Shown here one piece after another: positions 1 through 10,271 of a DNA stretch of 64,000 bases. A program made the translations under genes and the position numbers. Within the stretch, counting starts at the first letter, position 1. Each line of letters begins with the position of its first letter. Under the pieces are notes generated by a model, which did no database searches, was not told the origin of the DNA, and saw nothing but the letters and a program-made list of their open reading frames with translations. Source of the stretch: Patescibacteria group bacterium (GTDB lineage: Bacteria > Patescibacteriota > CPR2 > UBA1875 > CAIMLA01); the NCBI GenBank assembly GCA_041738615.1, contig JBGSPL010000004.1, forward strand, positions 1,203 through 65,202. The letters are read 5' to 3'.

Positions 1-38
1 TTGCGGTTGCAGTTGGATTGGCAATGAGGGAGAACTAG

Positions 39-596
39 ATGAGTAAGATAAACTTGATTCCAGAGGTTCGCCAAAAGAAGATCAAGATTGCGCAAACCAA
101 TAAGATGGTTACTTCCGCAGCCGTTATTCTAGCCGTTGCCACCGTGGCGGCAGCGTTGTCTCTCGCTGCATATGCAGCCGTTTTGACGACCCAGAAGAGC
201 ATGATAGAGGGTAATATAGTAAAGGTTCAAGATAGTCTAGACACGATGAAAGACCTAGAGACGACCGTAGCGAATCTAGAAAATGGCTTGTTGGAGATCA
301 AAGGGATAATTGCAGGCGACAAAAATTGGAATAATCTCATGGGGCACTTTGAAAAATTCACCCCATCGGACATTCAGATTACGAACTTTGCGGTCGAAGG
401 GGGACGGGTTACACTGTCGCTCAAAGGAAAGGAAGTGAAATCCATTGACCGTTTTATCACGTCATTCTCCAATGCCAAGAATCCAGATAAGAAGAACTAT
501 TTTAGTGACGTTGTGGTCAATGGATATAACAAAGATGAAGCCAGTGGTGTAACGTTTACAGCAAAGTTTAACTTGAACGAGGCGGTAGTATGGTAA
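39..596 (+). CDS. Type IV pilus assembly protein, PilN-like (N-terminal TM, INLIPE motif)
   Basis: The N-terminus MSKINLIPEVRQKK followed by a hydrophobic TM helix is the typical PilN/FimN signature. The gene opens an operon with pilB/pilT/pilC. Confidence 0.5.
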   Translation: MSKINLIPEVRQKKIKIAQTNKMVTSAAVILAVATVAAALSLAAYAAVLTTQKSMIEGNIVKVQDSLDTMKDLETTVANLENGLLEIKGIIAGDKNWNNLMGHFEKFTPSDIQITNFAVEGGRVTLSLKGKEVKSIDRFITSFSNAKNPDKKNYFSDVVVNGYNKDEASGVTFTAKFNLNEAVVW

Positions 597-1147
597 AAGA
601 GCAAGTAATCAAATACAACTATGCTGCTATTGTTGCGGGCGGGACGGTGGCAGCGCTACTATTTGCCGGCATCTTCGTGATGAAACCACTCATAGAAACA
701 GTAGGAAAAATGGATAAGGAAAAGCAGGTAAGGGCAGCGACGCTAGCCGACATGAAAAAGAGAGAATCAGTCCTACTGGGTCTAAAGGACCAGGAAGACC
801 AACTTACTAAGGACTCTGAAACAATCACAAACGCCCTACCAACACAGGCCGATATCGGACGACTGTTCATCCAGCTCGACACACTGGCAAAAGAAAGTGG
901 AGGAACACTAAAGTCGGTATCGCAAACGAACAAGCAAGAAGCAAGTAAAAGTACTTTTAGCGGCGTAATTGAGAATTCATACTCGATTCCAGTGGAGATG
1001 CCAACCTACTTTGCGCTTAAGGAGTTTATTTCCAACTCCAAGGACGCTCTGAGGCTGCTTTCTATCGAAAATTTGAAGATTAGCTCCACGGATACGGGTC
1101 AGCTGTCGGTGGGGATTACTGCTAAATCATATGCGAGGAGCAAGTAA
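590..1147 (+). CDS. Type IV pilus assembly protein, PilO-like
   Basis: A 185 aa bitopic protein that directly follows and overlaps the PilN-like gene by 7 nt. It has an N-terminal TM helix and sits in the usual PilO position. Confidence 0.4.
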   Translation: MVKEQVIKYNYAAIVAGGTVAALLFAGIFVMKPLIETVGKMDKEKQVRAATLADMKKRESVLLGLKDQEDQLTKDSETITNALPTQADIGRLFIQLDTLAKESGGTLKSVSQTNKQEASKSTFSGVIENSYSIPVEMPTYFALKEFISNSKDALRLLSIENLKISSTDTGQLSVGITAKSYARSK

Positions 1148-1407
1148 TGACGAAAAAAGAGATAGGCTTAGGAGTAGTCTCAGGAGTTGTACTCATCGCA
1201 GCGGTTTACTTTATGTATACGATGCTTTTTCCGAAGACAGTGACGACAACAAAATCAAAAAAACCTGGCACAGCTCAGACTGAGGTTAGTGCAATTACGG
1301 GTAACTTTGACGAAGAAACATTGAGTAAGATTAAGAAATACAAGGACTATGGGGAGGCATCACTCGACAATATAGGTCGAGTAAATCCATTTGGTCCCCT
1401 GAACTAG
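1147..1407 (+). CDS. Small membrane-anchored protein (possibly PilP-like) in the pilus operon
   Basis: An 86 aa protein with one TM helix, wedged between the PilO-like gene and pilB. Confidence 0.3.
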   Translation: MTKKEIGLGVVSGVVLIAAVYFMYTMLFPKTVTTTKSKKPGTAQTEVSAITGNFDEETLSKIKKYKDYGEASLDNIGRVNPFGPLN

Positions 1408-1409
1408 AA

Positions 1410-3179
1410 GTGTATACCAAAGACGAGCAAAAATTTGAGGATGTACTCACACAACTCAAGTTGATTACGCCTGAGCAAATTGACCTGATTAAAATAGAGA
1501 GTGCACGTTCAGGTAAAACCTTTGAAGATGTTCTCTCAGAGATGAAAATCATTTCACTCGAGAATATTGTAAAGGCTTCAGCTGTCAGCCGTGGACTTGC
1601 ATATGTCGACCTAACTAAATTCAAGGTAGATAGCTCATTGCTGAAGCATATCCCAAAAGACCTGTCCGAAAAGTTTCAGGCAGTTCCTTTTGGCATCTCT
1701 GACAACAAGATCAATATAGCCATGATCGATCCAAATAATGTTCAAGCAATTGATTTTATTGAGAAAAAGAGCAAAATGACCGCCGCAGCATATATGACTT
1801 CGGCCGAAAGTATCCGTAACGTACTTGACCAGTATCAGGATATAAGTTCTGAGGTAAGTAGGGATTTGGGTGCCAATCAGACAGATAGCGCTCCAGAGAA
1901 GGGTTCTGGGTCCGGAGACAACGAGAATAATCTGATTCAGGACGCGCCAGTGACGAGAGCAGTAAATACTATTCTAGACTACGCGGCCCGCTCAAAAGCC
2001 TCTGATATCCACATAGAACCCAGAGAAAAAACCGTGAAGGTCAGGTACCGAGTTGACGGAATCTTGCATGATGAGATGAATCTCCCCCTACACATACACC
2101 CGGCCTTGGTATCTCGCATCAAGATACTCTCGAACTTGAAGATTGACGAGCATCGAGTACCTCAGGACGGACGTTTTGACCTAAAGGCAGAGGGCAAAGA
2201 CATCGACCTTCGTGTTTCTATCTCGCCGACCATCTTTGGAGAAAAAATAGTCATCCGTTTGCTCGATAAAACTGGGGGGCTCATAACTCTCGACGACCTC
2301 GGCATTTATGGACGAGCGTTCAAAATCATTTCTGCGGGTGCAACCAGACCCCACGGCATGGTGCTCTCCACAGGGCCTACTGGTTCCGGTAAGACGACTA
2401 CCTTATATGCTCTTTTAAATAAAATGAATAAACCGGAAGTAAACATAGTCACACTGGAAGACCCCGTAGAATATCAAGTAGACGGTGTCAACCAGATTCA
2501 GATTAATAATGGCGTAGGACTTACTTTTGCCTCTGGACTCAGATCAATTTTGCGTCAGGACCCCAACATCATAATGGTCGGGGAAATACGTGACGCCGAG
2601 ACCGCTAACCTAGCCGTGCAGTCTGCTCTCACCGGTCATACTGTACTTTCTACGCTACATACAAACAGCGCCTCTGGCGTGCTACCTCGTTTACTGGATA
2701 TGGAAATAGAACCATTCCTTATTGCAAGCACGGTGAGTACAGTTATCGGACAACGTCTGGTACGTAAAATTTGTACCTCTTGCAAGGAGCCTTACGAAGC
2801 CCCAGAGAATCTAGCGCAGGCAATCAGGAGGACAGTTGGCAAGTATCTTCCTAGCAAGACACACCCAGACAAGGCCAAGGAAGCCATGGTTGGCTACACA
2901 GGGTTACCATATGCCGAAGATACTAAGATCACTCTCTATAGAGGCAAGGGTTGCGACCAGTGTATGAATACTGGTTACCTCGGTCGAGTGGGTATTTTTG
3001 AAGTTTTCGCCATGTCGCCCGTCATGGAGAAGTTGTTGCAACAGCACGCTACGACGTTAGATATACAAAATCAGGCAATTTCGGAGGGGATGGTTACCAT
3101 GAGGGAGGACGGCTTCCTAAAAGCACTCACAGGGGTTACTAGTATTGAGGAAGTTGTCGCCAAGGCAGCCGAAAACTAG
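1410..3179 (+). CDS. pilB: Type IV pilus assembly ATPase PilB (GspE family)
   Basis: It has a GspE N-terminal domain, the Walker A GPTGSGKTTT, Asp/His boxes, and the tetracysteine CTSCKE...CDQC zinc motif. The ORF opens with a GTG start. Confidence 0.9.
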   Translation: MYTKDEQKFEDVLTQLKLITPEQIDLIKIESARSGKTFEDVLSEMKIISLENIVKASAVSRGLAYVDLTKFKVDSSLLKHIPKDLSEKFQAVPFGISDNKINIAMIDPNNVQAIDFIEKKSKMTAAAYMTSAESIRNVLDQYQDISSEVSRDLGANQTDSAPEKGSGSGDNENNLIQDAPVTRAVNTILDYAARSKASDIHIEPREKTVKVRYRVDGILHDEMNLPLHIHPALVSRIKILSNLKIDEHRVPQDGRFDLKAEGKDIDLRVSISPTIFGEKIVIRLLDKTGGLITLDDLGIYGRAFKIISAGATRPHGMVLSTGPTGSGKTTTLYALLNKMNKPEVNIVTLEDPVEYQVDGVNQIQINNGVGLTFASGLRSILRQDPNIIMVGEIRDAETANLAVQSALTGHTVLSTLHTNSASGVLPRLLDMEIEPFLIASTVSTVIGQRLVRKICTSCKEPYEAPENLAQAIRRTVGKYLPSKTHPDKAKEAMVGYTGLPYAEDTKITLYRGKGCDQCMNTGYLGRVGIFEVFAMSPVMEKLLQQHATTLDIQNQAISEGMVTMREDGFLKALTGVTSIEEVVAKAAEN

Positions 3180-3243
3180 TCTCAAGTTACTAGCTAGGGT
3201 TCGCACTTTCATGATAAGATAGGGGTAGAATACAGGAGGGAAA

Positions 3244-4308
3244 ATGCCGGAACTAAAAATTGAAACACTACTCGAAGAAGTGGTAAAGAAGAATGCTTCA
3301 GACTTACATTTGACTGTAGGCGCGAGTCCTGTACTCCGCATTGATGGTGCCATATTCCCTATGACCCAGTTTCCGGCTCTCGAAGAGAAAGACATAGAAC
3401 AGCTAATTTTTTCAGTGGTTGACGACATTCAGAAAGACATACTACTAAAGGATAAAGAAGTCGACTTTTCCTTCGCCTTCGGTGATATAGCCCGTTTTCG
3501 TGCAAATGCATATCATCAAAAAGGTAATGTGGGCTTGGCTCTCCGCTTGATTCCGGCAAAGATAAAGAGCACAGAGGAGCTGGGGCTTCCTCAGATAATA
3601 AACAATTTTACCGACATACCTCGAGGGTTAGTGCTAGTTACCGGGCCAACTGGTTCTGGTAAATCTACTACTCTCGCGGCCATGATAGATAGAATCAACA
3701 CTGCCAAGGGCATGCACATCATTACAATTGAGGACCCTATAGAGTACACTCATAGTCACAAGAAGTCGATTATCGAGCAGAGAGAGGTTCACTATGACAC
3801 TAGATCGTTCTCGGCAGCACTTCGTAGTGCGCTTCGTGAAGACCCAGATGTCGTACTTATTGGTGAGATGCGCGACCTAGAGACGATTTCGGCTGCTATC
3901 ACCATTGCTGAAACTGGTCACCTGGTGTTGGCTACGTTGCATACAAACAACGCGGCGCAGTCTATCGATCGTATGATAGATGTTTTTCCTCCTTACCAAC
4001 AGCAGCAAGTTCGGGTTCAGCTTTCGAATATCCTTCAGGGGGTTGTTTCTCAACGTCTAGTCCCGATGATTGGTGGTGGCAGACAAGCCGTCGCGGAAAT
4101 TATGATAAGTACACCAGCGGTACGTAATATCATCCGAGAGGGCAAAACTCATCAGCTGGATGCTGTAATCCAGACGAGTGCTGACCAGGGGATGATTTCG
4201 ATGGACAAAGCCCTAGTCTCAGCCGTGAAGGCGGGAAATATTACTTCCGAGGAAGCGCGAGGGTATTGTATAGACCCATCCGAATATGAGCGATTGATGC
4301 ATGGTTAA
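3244..4308 (+). CDS. pilT: Twitching motility ATPase PilT
   Basis: A 354 aa protein with Walker A GPTGSGKSTT and the PilT-type C-terminal region (AIRNIIREGK). A strong AGGAGG SD precedes the ATG. Confidence 0.9.
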   Translation: MPELKIETLLEEVVKKNASDLHLTVGASPVLRIDGAIFPMTQFPALEEKDIEQLIFSVVDDIQKDILLKDKEVDFSFAFGDIARFRANAYHQKGNVGLALRLIPAKIKSTEELGLPQIINNFTDIPRGLVLVTGPTGSGKSTTLAAMIDRINTAKGMHIITIEDPIEYTHSHKKSIIEQREVHYDTRSFSAALRSALREDPDVVLIGEMRDLETISAAITIAETGHLVLATLHTNNAAQSIDRMIDVFPPYQQQQVRVQLSNILQGVVSQRLVPMIGGGRQAVAEIMISTPAVRNIIREGKTHQLDAVIQTSADQGMISMDKALVSAVKAGNITSEEARGYCIDPSEYERLMHG

Positions 4309-4330
4309 CCTTAGAATGATGAGATAAAGC

Positions 4331-5524
4331 ATGATCACATTTAGTTACAAAGCAAAGAATAGTGACGGAGAATTCGTCAAGGGGCAGATAGAGGCACAGA
4401 ACGAATCCGCTGCTGCAAAGGTACTTAGCGGAAAGAAACTTTTTCCGATAGAAATTTCAATGCAACAGGAGGCCGGACTCAGTATCCTCAACAGAGTTAG
4501 CATGAAAGACAAGCTTCTCTTTACCCGTCAGCTGTCTGCAACCCTTTCTGCAGGATTACCGATAACCCAGGCTTTAGAAACCATAGCCGAACAAACTAGA
4601 GGCAAGGCGCTTCAGCAGATAATCGCTAAGATTGTTGGTGATGTAGAGGGTGGTATGTCGCTATCTTCCTCTTTTGCTCGTTTCCCCCAGGTTTTTACCC
4701 GAATCGACGTGGCTCTCGTGGAATCTGGGGAGGCCAGTGGTACGCTTGACAAGGTGCTGATACGACTTGCGGATAGCATCGAGAAGGATTATAAGATGGT
4801 CAAGAAGGTTCGCAGTGCGTTGGCCTATCCAATGTTTATCCTAGGCGTTGTGGCGATTGTTGTGACCCTGATGACGGTGTATGTGATGCCACAGATGGAG
4901 AAGCTGTACAAGGATTTCAATTCTGATCTGCCGGCCATAACCAGGTCATTGTTGGCAACGAGCCACTTTCTTGCAAATTACGGAGCTTTTGTAATCTTTG
5001 CCATAGTTATGTTGGCAGTTGTTCTACGTTTTTACATCACTACCAAGGCGGGTCGTTATATGTGGGACAGCATCAGACTTAAGCTTCCCATTCTTTCCCC
5101 ATTCTTGAGGAGTCTCTATGCAGCAAGATTTTCTAGAACCATGGCAGGGCTAGTAGGATCGGGCGTTTCTTTGCTGGATTCGCTCAATATCACCGCTGGC
5201 GCGGTGGGAAACGTCTTGGTTGCGGAGGCTATCTATGAGGCGGCGAAGGAAGTAAAGGGAGGCAAACCACTCTCGAAACCACTCCGCGATAGCAGCGTTT
5301 TCTCCCCGATAGTCGCGCAGATGGTCAGCGTCGGCGAGCAGACAGGTGAAATGGACGCCATGTTTAGCAACCCGGCAGATTACTTCGACGACGAGGTAGA
5401 TAACTTTATCAGAAGTATTACTAGCATTTTGGAGCCGTTTATAATCGTGATTATGGGTAGTATTGTGGCGGTTATCCTAGTAGCAGTCATGATGCCAATC
5501 TATAACATTGGTAAGATTTTCTAG
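4331..5524 (+). CDS. pilC: Type IV pilus inner-membrane platform protein PilC (GspF family)
   Basis: A 397 aa protein with two GspF-type repeats and three TM segments, placed immediately after pilT. Confidence 0.85.
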   Translation: MITFSYKAKNSDGEFVKGQIEAQNESAAAKVLSGKKLFPIEISMQQEAGLSILNRVSMKDKLLFTRQLSATLSAGLPITQALETIAEQTRGKALQQIIAKIVGDVEGGMSLSSSFARFPQVFTRIDVALVESGEASGTLDKVLIRLADSIEKDYKMVKKVRSALAYPMFILGVVAIVVTLMTVYVMPQMEKLYKDFNSDLPAITRSLLATSHFLANYGAFVIFAIVMLAVVLRFYITTKAGRYMWDSIRLKLPILSPFLRSLYAARFSRTMAGLVGSGVSLLDSLNITAGAVGNVLVAEAIYEAAKEVKGGKPLSKPLRDSSVFSPIVAQMVSVGEQTGEMDAMFSNPADYFDDEVDNFIRSITSILEPFIIVIMGSIVAVILVAVMMPIYNIGKIF

Positions 5525-5578
5525 CTTGACACGCTGGCACTTAGTTTTATACTTATAATTAATAACAACGGAGGAAAA

Positions 5579-6112
5579 ATGACACTAAGAAAAAAACAAA
5601 AAGGATTTACGCTCATTGAGCTCATGGTCGTTATGGCCATCATCGCAGTACTTGCGACATTAATTATCGGTGCTATCCAGCTCGCTAGAACGACCGCAAC
5701 AGAGACTGCACACCGCTCTAACGCAAAAACAGTGCAGACTGCTCTCGAGAGCACTTTTGCAAAGAACCGTCGTTACTGTGACGTTGATACCGCTGCGGCT
5801 GCAACAGGAACAAAAGTTGTCTGCGGTTCCTACAGTCTAGCCGAAATCACAGCTTCCGGTTTGCTGAATACAACACTGTCTACTGGAGTTAGTACTGACG
5901 GTATCTGTAATGTCACAGACGGTATTAGAGAAGGTGGAGGCGCTGTGAGAGTACAGCAGTCATCGTACTCTATATTGACGGCAAATGCAGCCTGTAACGC
6001 ATGGACTTCCTTTGAGGACGTTATCCAGGTAAGCGGCGATGTTGACACTACTAACATGCAACCGACAGGATCCTATGCTTTCACAAATGCTACTTTAGGC
6101 ACAGCGGAGTAG
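5579..6112 (+). CDS. Type IV major pilin (class III signal peptide)
   Basis: KG|FTLIELMVVMAIIAVLA is a prepilin cleavage motif with Glu at +5. The SD is GGAGGAAAA. Confidence 0.85.
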   Translation: MTLRKKQKGFTLIELMVVMAIIAVLATLIIGAIQLARTTATETAHRSNAKTVQTALESTFAKNRRYCDVDTAAAATGTKVVCGSYSLAEITASGLLNTTLSTGVSTDGICNVTDGIREGGGAVRVQQSSYSILTANAACNAWTSFEDVIQVSGDVDTTNMQPTGSYAFTNATLGTAE

Positions 6113-6214
6113 TAAACTATTTTTCAGCGCAAGGAGAGGTTACTACGGTAGCCTCTTCTTTGGTTTCTAGGCTCAGACTCGACTTTATAGCCGCTATCAG
6201 ATTATAATTTAATC

Positions 6215-7042
6215 ATGGTATTCATAATCTGCTTTTATATCTTTGTTCTGGGTTTGGTGCTCGGCTCGTTTGTAAACGCGCTAGAGTATCGGGTAGACGA
6301 GAAAATCTCGGTCCGGGGTCGCTCTTTTTGTCCAAAGTGCAAACATCAGCTCTCTTGGTATGACTTATTTCCCGTCTTCTCCTGGCTGTTGCTCAAGGGC
6401 AGATGTCGCTATTGCGAAGAGCCGATATCAGCACAATATCCGATAGTAGAGATACTTAGCGGGCTCTCCTTAGCTACGATGGCGTATGCTTTTGGGATTA
6501 TAGAACAGTTTCAGTTCGCTTTAGGTGGGCAGCTGCAAGATATATATTATTCCATTACATCACTGTTTCTGGTGGCAATAGTTTCTACGATTTTAGTCTT
6601 AGTCGCGCTTCATGACTATAAAACAGGCTATGTGCTATCTAGCTATGTCTATGTTGCTGCTTTCGCAGCGCTGTTGCTTGTATCTTTTACTGGGAATGGC
6701 TATGTTGGGTGGTCAGTGTTATCAAATCACATTTACGCGTCGCTAGGAACAGCTCTGCCTTTTGCAGTTATTTGGGCGTTTTCGCGTGGTAAGTGGATGG
6801 GGGCTGGAGACATCGAGCTTGCTTTGCTGATTGGACTACTCCTTGGTTGGCCGGCTACGTTGGTCTCCATGTACTTCGCATTTATCGTTGGCTCTGTTGT
6901 GGGGTTAATGCTTGTGGCTAACAAACGAACAAAGCTAAAATCAGAGATTGCATTCGGACCTTTTCTTATCGCGGGTGTATATTTCGCTTTGCTTTTCTCA
7001 CAGCAAATAGCCGATGGATATGTTAGAATATTCCTAGGCTAG
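6215..7042 (+). CDS. pilD: Prepilin peptidase PilD (A24 family)
   Basis: A polytopic membrane protein with the CPKC...CRYC zinc-binding pairs and conserved A24 Asp residues. Confidence 0.85.
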   Translation: MVFIICFYIFVLGLVLGSFVNALEYRVDEKISVRGRSFCPKCKHQLSWYDLFPVFSWLLLKGRCRYCEEPISAQYPIVEILSGLSLATMAYAFGIIEQFQFALGGQLQDIYYSITSLFLVAIVSTILVLVALHDYKTGYVLSSYVYVAAFAALLLVSFTGNGYVGWSVLSNHIYASLGTALPFAVIWAFSRGKWMGAGDIELALLIGLLLGWPATLVSMYFAFIVGSVVGLMLVANKRTKLKSEIAFGPFLIAGVYFALLFSQQIADGYVRIFLG

Positions 7043-7048
7043 GAGGGT

Positions 7049-7714
7049 ATGATTACGATACTAAGAAGCAAGAAGAGTGGTTTCACGATTGTTGAGATCA
7101 TGGTTGTGATGGCGATTATGGCGATGATGTCCGTACTCGGTATTTTGGCTATGGTCGGAATCAACAACAGTGTTATCGCAGATCGGGCAGCAGAGAGCAT
7201 CCTCAATCAGATTAGAGAAGCCCAGAACAAGGCCTTTTCAGTAGCCTCCGTGAAAGACGCGACAACCGGAACGGTCATTTACCCGGTAGCGTGGGGAGTA
7301 ACTGTAACACAGTCGAGTGACGGTCAGGGGATAACACCCTTTTATATCCAAAAACCAAGCGAGGCGAGTGAGGACTTTATTATAACTGAAGTGGCAGGTG
7401 ATACGGCGGTTGCCAGCTACTCTGTCGATGCTATCGAGCCAGAAGGTTTGGAGACAGGTCCCGCCTCGGTTTCATTCATTTACTCGGCTCCTTTTGGAGG
7501 CTACTTTACATCGAGCCAAGGGCAAGCGGATTTGTGCCAAGGAACCGACGCAACCCATTGCTCGACCTTGGACGTGATACCATACGACTTTCAATATTCA
7601 AACGTAGGTAACCCTAACAGCATCAAGGCCAAAGTCGCCGTGAATATTTCATTCCGTGGGGCTACCAAGTCGATTACAGTAGAGAGTAACGGACAGGTGG
7701 GGATAAGTGATTAG
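7049..7714 (+). CDS. Minor pilin / pseudopilin
   Basis: The N-terminus SG|FTIVEIMVVMAI is a prepilin motif. Confidence 0.7.
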   Translation: MITILRSKKSGFTIVEIMVVMAIMAMMSVLGILAMVGINNSVIADRAAESILNQIREAQNKAFSVASVKDATTGTVIYPVAWGVTVTQSSDGQGITPFYIQKPSEASEDFIITEVAGDTAVASYSVDAIEPEGLETGPASVSFIYSAPFGGYFTSSQGQADLCQGTDATHCSTLDVIPYDFQYSNVGNPNSIKAKVAVNISFRGATKSITVESNGQVGISD

Positions 7715-8216
7715 GCGAGGGGAAAGTATAGTAGAGGTAGTGGTCGCTTGTGGCATTTTGTCAATGCTCTTTGCTGGTGTTGCTACGATGATTGTATCCT
7801 CGGTTGCGCTGAACAACGATGCCAGGCTCCGTATGGAGGCTGTTTCTTTGGCTCAGAGTAAGCTGAACTCATATGTGGTCTCCGGTGCTGGCGACTTGCA
7901 GAGCGGTAGTTGTCTTATAAATATTAGTGTGAATGATACCCCAACGTCAGTGAGCGGTGACATCACCCCAGACGCAGAAGGGAATGCTTGCAAGGACGTA
8001 GCAGAAGCTGATCTCGGTCAGTACTTAGAGGACGTTGCGTCCGATAAAACGAAGTGCCATTACATAACGGTACGGAAACCCAGTGTAGCAGAGGGTGCAA
8101 GCAGCGGACTTCTCGGGACCGATGCATTTGTCGTTGTGGAGTCCCACGTTAGGTGGATATCTAGAGGTCTAGGCGCAGAAAGTTATGTCATAAGTAGACT
8201 GCAGGTTGCGAGATGA
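7707..8216 (+). CDS. Minor pilin (PilV-like)
   Basis: The N-terminus GESIVEVVVACGIL is a prepilin-like motif. The start overlaps the upstream gene. Confidence 0.6.
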   Translation: MIRRGESIVEVVVACGILSMLFAGVATMIVSSVALNNDARLRMEAVSLAQSKLNSYVVSGAGDLQSGSCLINISVNDTPTSVSGDITPDAEGNACKDVAEADLGQYLEDVASDKTKCHYITVRKPSVAEGASSGLLGTDAFVVVESHVRWISRGLGAESYVISRLQVAR

Positions 8217-8773
8217 TATTGAAGAGACGAGGCATGACCATAATCGAGCTCGTTGTAGCGATTACTCTATTTACGGTGGTTGTCACGCTGGCAATCGGTG
8301 GTTTTGTAGCTGTATCTAGAATGAAAACGCTGATGGTAGACATGAAGGATACACAACAAAAGGCGCGTTTGATTTACGAAACCGTCTACCGTTTCGCAAA
8401 AGAGGCAGATACAGTATCGGTGTCCCCGAATCAAAGCCAGTTGGTGTTAGACTACTATAACGATCTTGGTGTGCGGGAATTACGGAAGTTTTTTGAGCTG
8501 GGGAGCGGGAGCTCCACTAGCTTTATGTACTATTCTTGCGAAGGTGCCAATGATTTTGTGGCAGACAAGTCTAGCTGTACAAGGGAAGAGTTGCTGGCTG
8601 GGACCAAAACGAGCGCTTATGAGATAACGAAGATAAGTGGTAATGGATATTTTGATTACAACAAGAGTATTCCGCCGACACTAAGCCTTAGTATGGTGAT
8701 TAAGAATACTAGGTCAGATAATGATCCCGAGATAAAGCTAGACAACGTGATTATCCTGGAGAATGTGAAATGA
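8213..8773 (+). CDS. Minor pilin (PilW-like)
   Basis: The N-terminus RGMTIIELVVAITLF is a prepilin motif. Confidence 0.6.
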   Translation: MILKRRGMTIIELVVAITLFTVVVTLAIGGFVAVSRMKTLMVDMKDTQQKARLIYETVYRFAKEADTVSVSPNQSQLVLDYYNDLGVRELRKFFELGSGSSTSFMYYSCEGANDFVADKSSCTREELLAGTKTSAYEITKISGNGYFDYNKSIPPTLSLSMVIKNTRSDNDPEIKLDNVIILENVK

Positions 8774-10269
8774 GAAGAGAGGGCGCATCGTTAGTCTGGA
8801 CCGTAATTGTCTGTGGCGTTCTTATGGTCGTAGCAACAACCATGTCTACGGCGATTGTGAAGGAGTCTCAGATGAGTGTCCGGATGGATGATTCTGCTAG
8901 GGCTTATGCTGGGGCAGAGTCGGGTATAACTTGGGCCAAGTGGTGCTTAGCATCTAGGGGTGTTTCGGGCGGGTGTTTTGAAACTAATATGGAAGATTTA
9001 CTGTGGGATATAGATGGCAATATTGGTGTAGGATATGCAAGTGATACCCTAAAGATTATTGATGGCAAGGCGGAAGTTGGCTACAAGGTGACTGTTACTG
9101 CTGGATGCGTACTATCTGAAATTGTGGCGAAAACATGTGTTGGCTCCGATTTTAAGATTCTTAGTAGAGGTAACTCCGGGACGGTGAACCGTAGTATCGA
9201 GTACGCGGTGGGCAAGAGTACCTCAGAGGTGGCTTACGGTAAGGATACGATGGGCGTGCCTCAAACAAAGCTAGACGAAAAGCTGACAATTAACGGCAGT
9301 TTCTCTGCAGAGCTCTACTACTGGCAGCCGGAAGCAACCTCTCTAGATGACAAGATACTCAAGTTCAGAAACGAGGCTGGTACCTCATATGTCGGTGTAA
9401 AATTGCTTTCTAGCGGATTTGATATAGCGTCATCTCATGGTACATTATCGAGCGGGACTACTATCCCCGTTGATAGCTCTACTTTAAGCACCCCTTTTGG
9501 TACTAGAATAACTCTGCAGTATGTCAAAGGTGTTGCCTTCAAGCTCGACGTGTACGCACTCTCACAGGCTACGGGTAAATACCTTTGTGTCGGGACCAAG
9601 ACAGTTCGTTTTGACAGCGGGGCACCAGATCTTGCGGGAGCAGAAAATGCTAGGTTCGGTATAGACACTGCGACCGGAAGTGCTGGGCTCGCAGGAGCAA
9701 TAAGCTACTATAAATACACTGTCGGGTCTGAAATTGGTGCTGTTGCCAACTTCAGATGGTCTGGAATATCGACAACTCCAATCCCAGTAAACCCGCTGGC
9801 GGGTACCGTACAAAGCGATCCTACGGGGGACGTGAACATAACGCGTTTTATCTCTTACCCTAGTACACCTGACAAGCCCACAATTACCGCTACTCAAACC
9901 AGAAGCAATGAAGCAGGAGATGTTGTAGGGACACTAACCCTGACGGCATCGGGAACAGGCCAGAGTACCTACTCTATAGCCCAATCCCTGACAGGATCTG
10001 GAACTTGGGTGGCCTTGCAGGGTACTGGTAACCCTGCGGTTACGGGGACTATTTCTGCTGGTCAGACTCTAAGCTTTAATCTTCAGTCTATCCATCGCAC
10101 GTATACCGGGAACAACAGCTACTACACTTACCCTGCTGTTCAGGTGAGTGGAGCGGCAATCGCGGGACCAATCACCTTCGGTAGGTTCTGTCTGGATGTA
10201 GACGAAGCTGGTAATGGCGCAGTTGCTGACGCAAACTCGACTAGTGGTCAGTGTTCTTATACGCCTTAG
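8770..10269 (+). CDS. Large minor pilin / putative tip adhesin (PilX-like)
   Basis: A 499 aa protein with an EGASLVWTVIVCGV pilin-like N-terminal helix and a long Thr/Ser/Gly-rich C-terminal region. It is the last gene of the pilus operon. Confidence 0.5.
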   Translation: MRREGASLVWTVIVCGVLMVVATTMSTAIVKESQMSVRMDDSARAYAGAESGITWAKWCLASRGVSGGCFETNMEDLLWDIDGNIGVGYASDTLKIIDGKAEVGYKVTVTAGCVLSEIVAKTCVGSDFKILSRGNSGTVNRSIEYAVGKSTSEVAYGKDTMGVPQTKLDEKLTINGSFSAELYYWQPEATSLDDKILKFRNEAGTSYVGVKLLSSGFDIASSHGTLSSGTTIPVDSSTLSTPFGTRITLQYVKGVAFKLDVYALSQATGKYLCVGTKTVRFDSGAPDLAGAENARFGIDTATGSAGLAGAISYYKYTVGSEIGAVANFRWSGISTTPIPVNPLAGTVQSDPTGDVNITRFISYPSTPDKPTITATQTRSNEAGDVVGTLTLTASGTGQSTYSIAQSLTGSGTWVALQGTGNPAVTGTISAGQTLSFNLQSIHRTYTGNNSYYTYPAVQVSGAAIAGPITFGRFCLDVDEAGNGAVADANSTSGQCSYTP

Positions 10270-10271
10270 TA

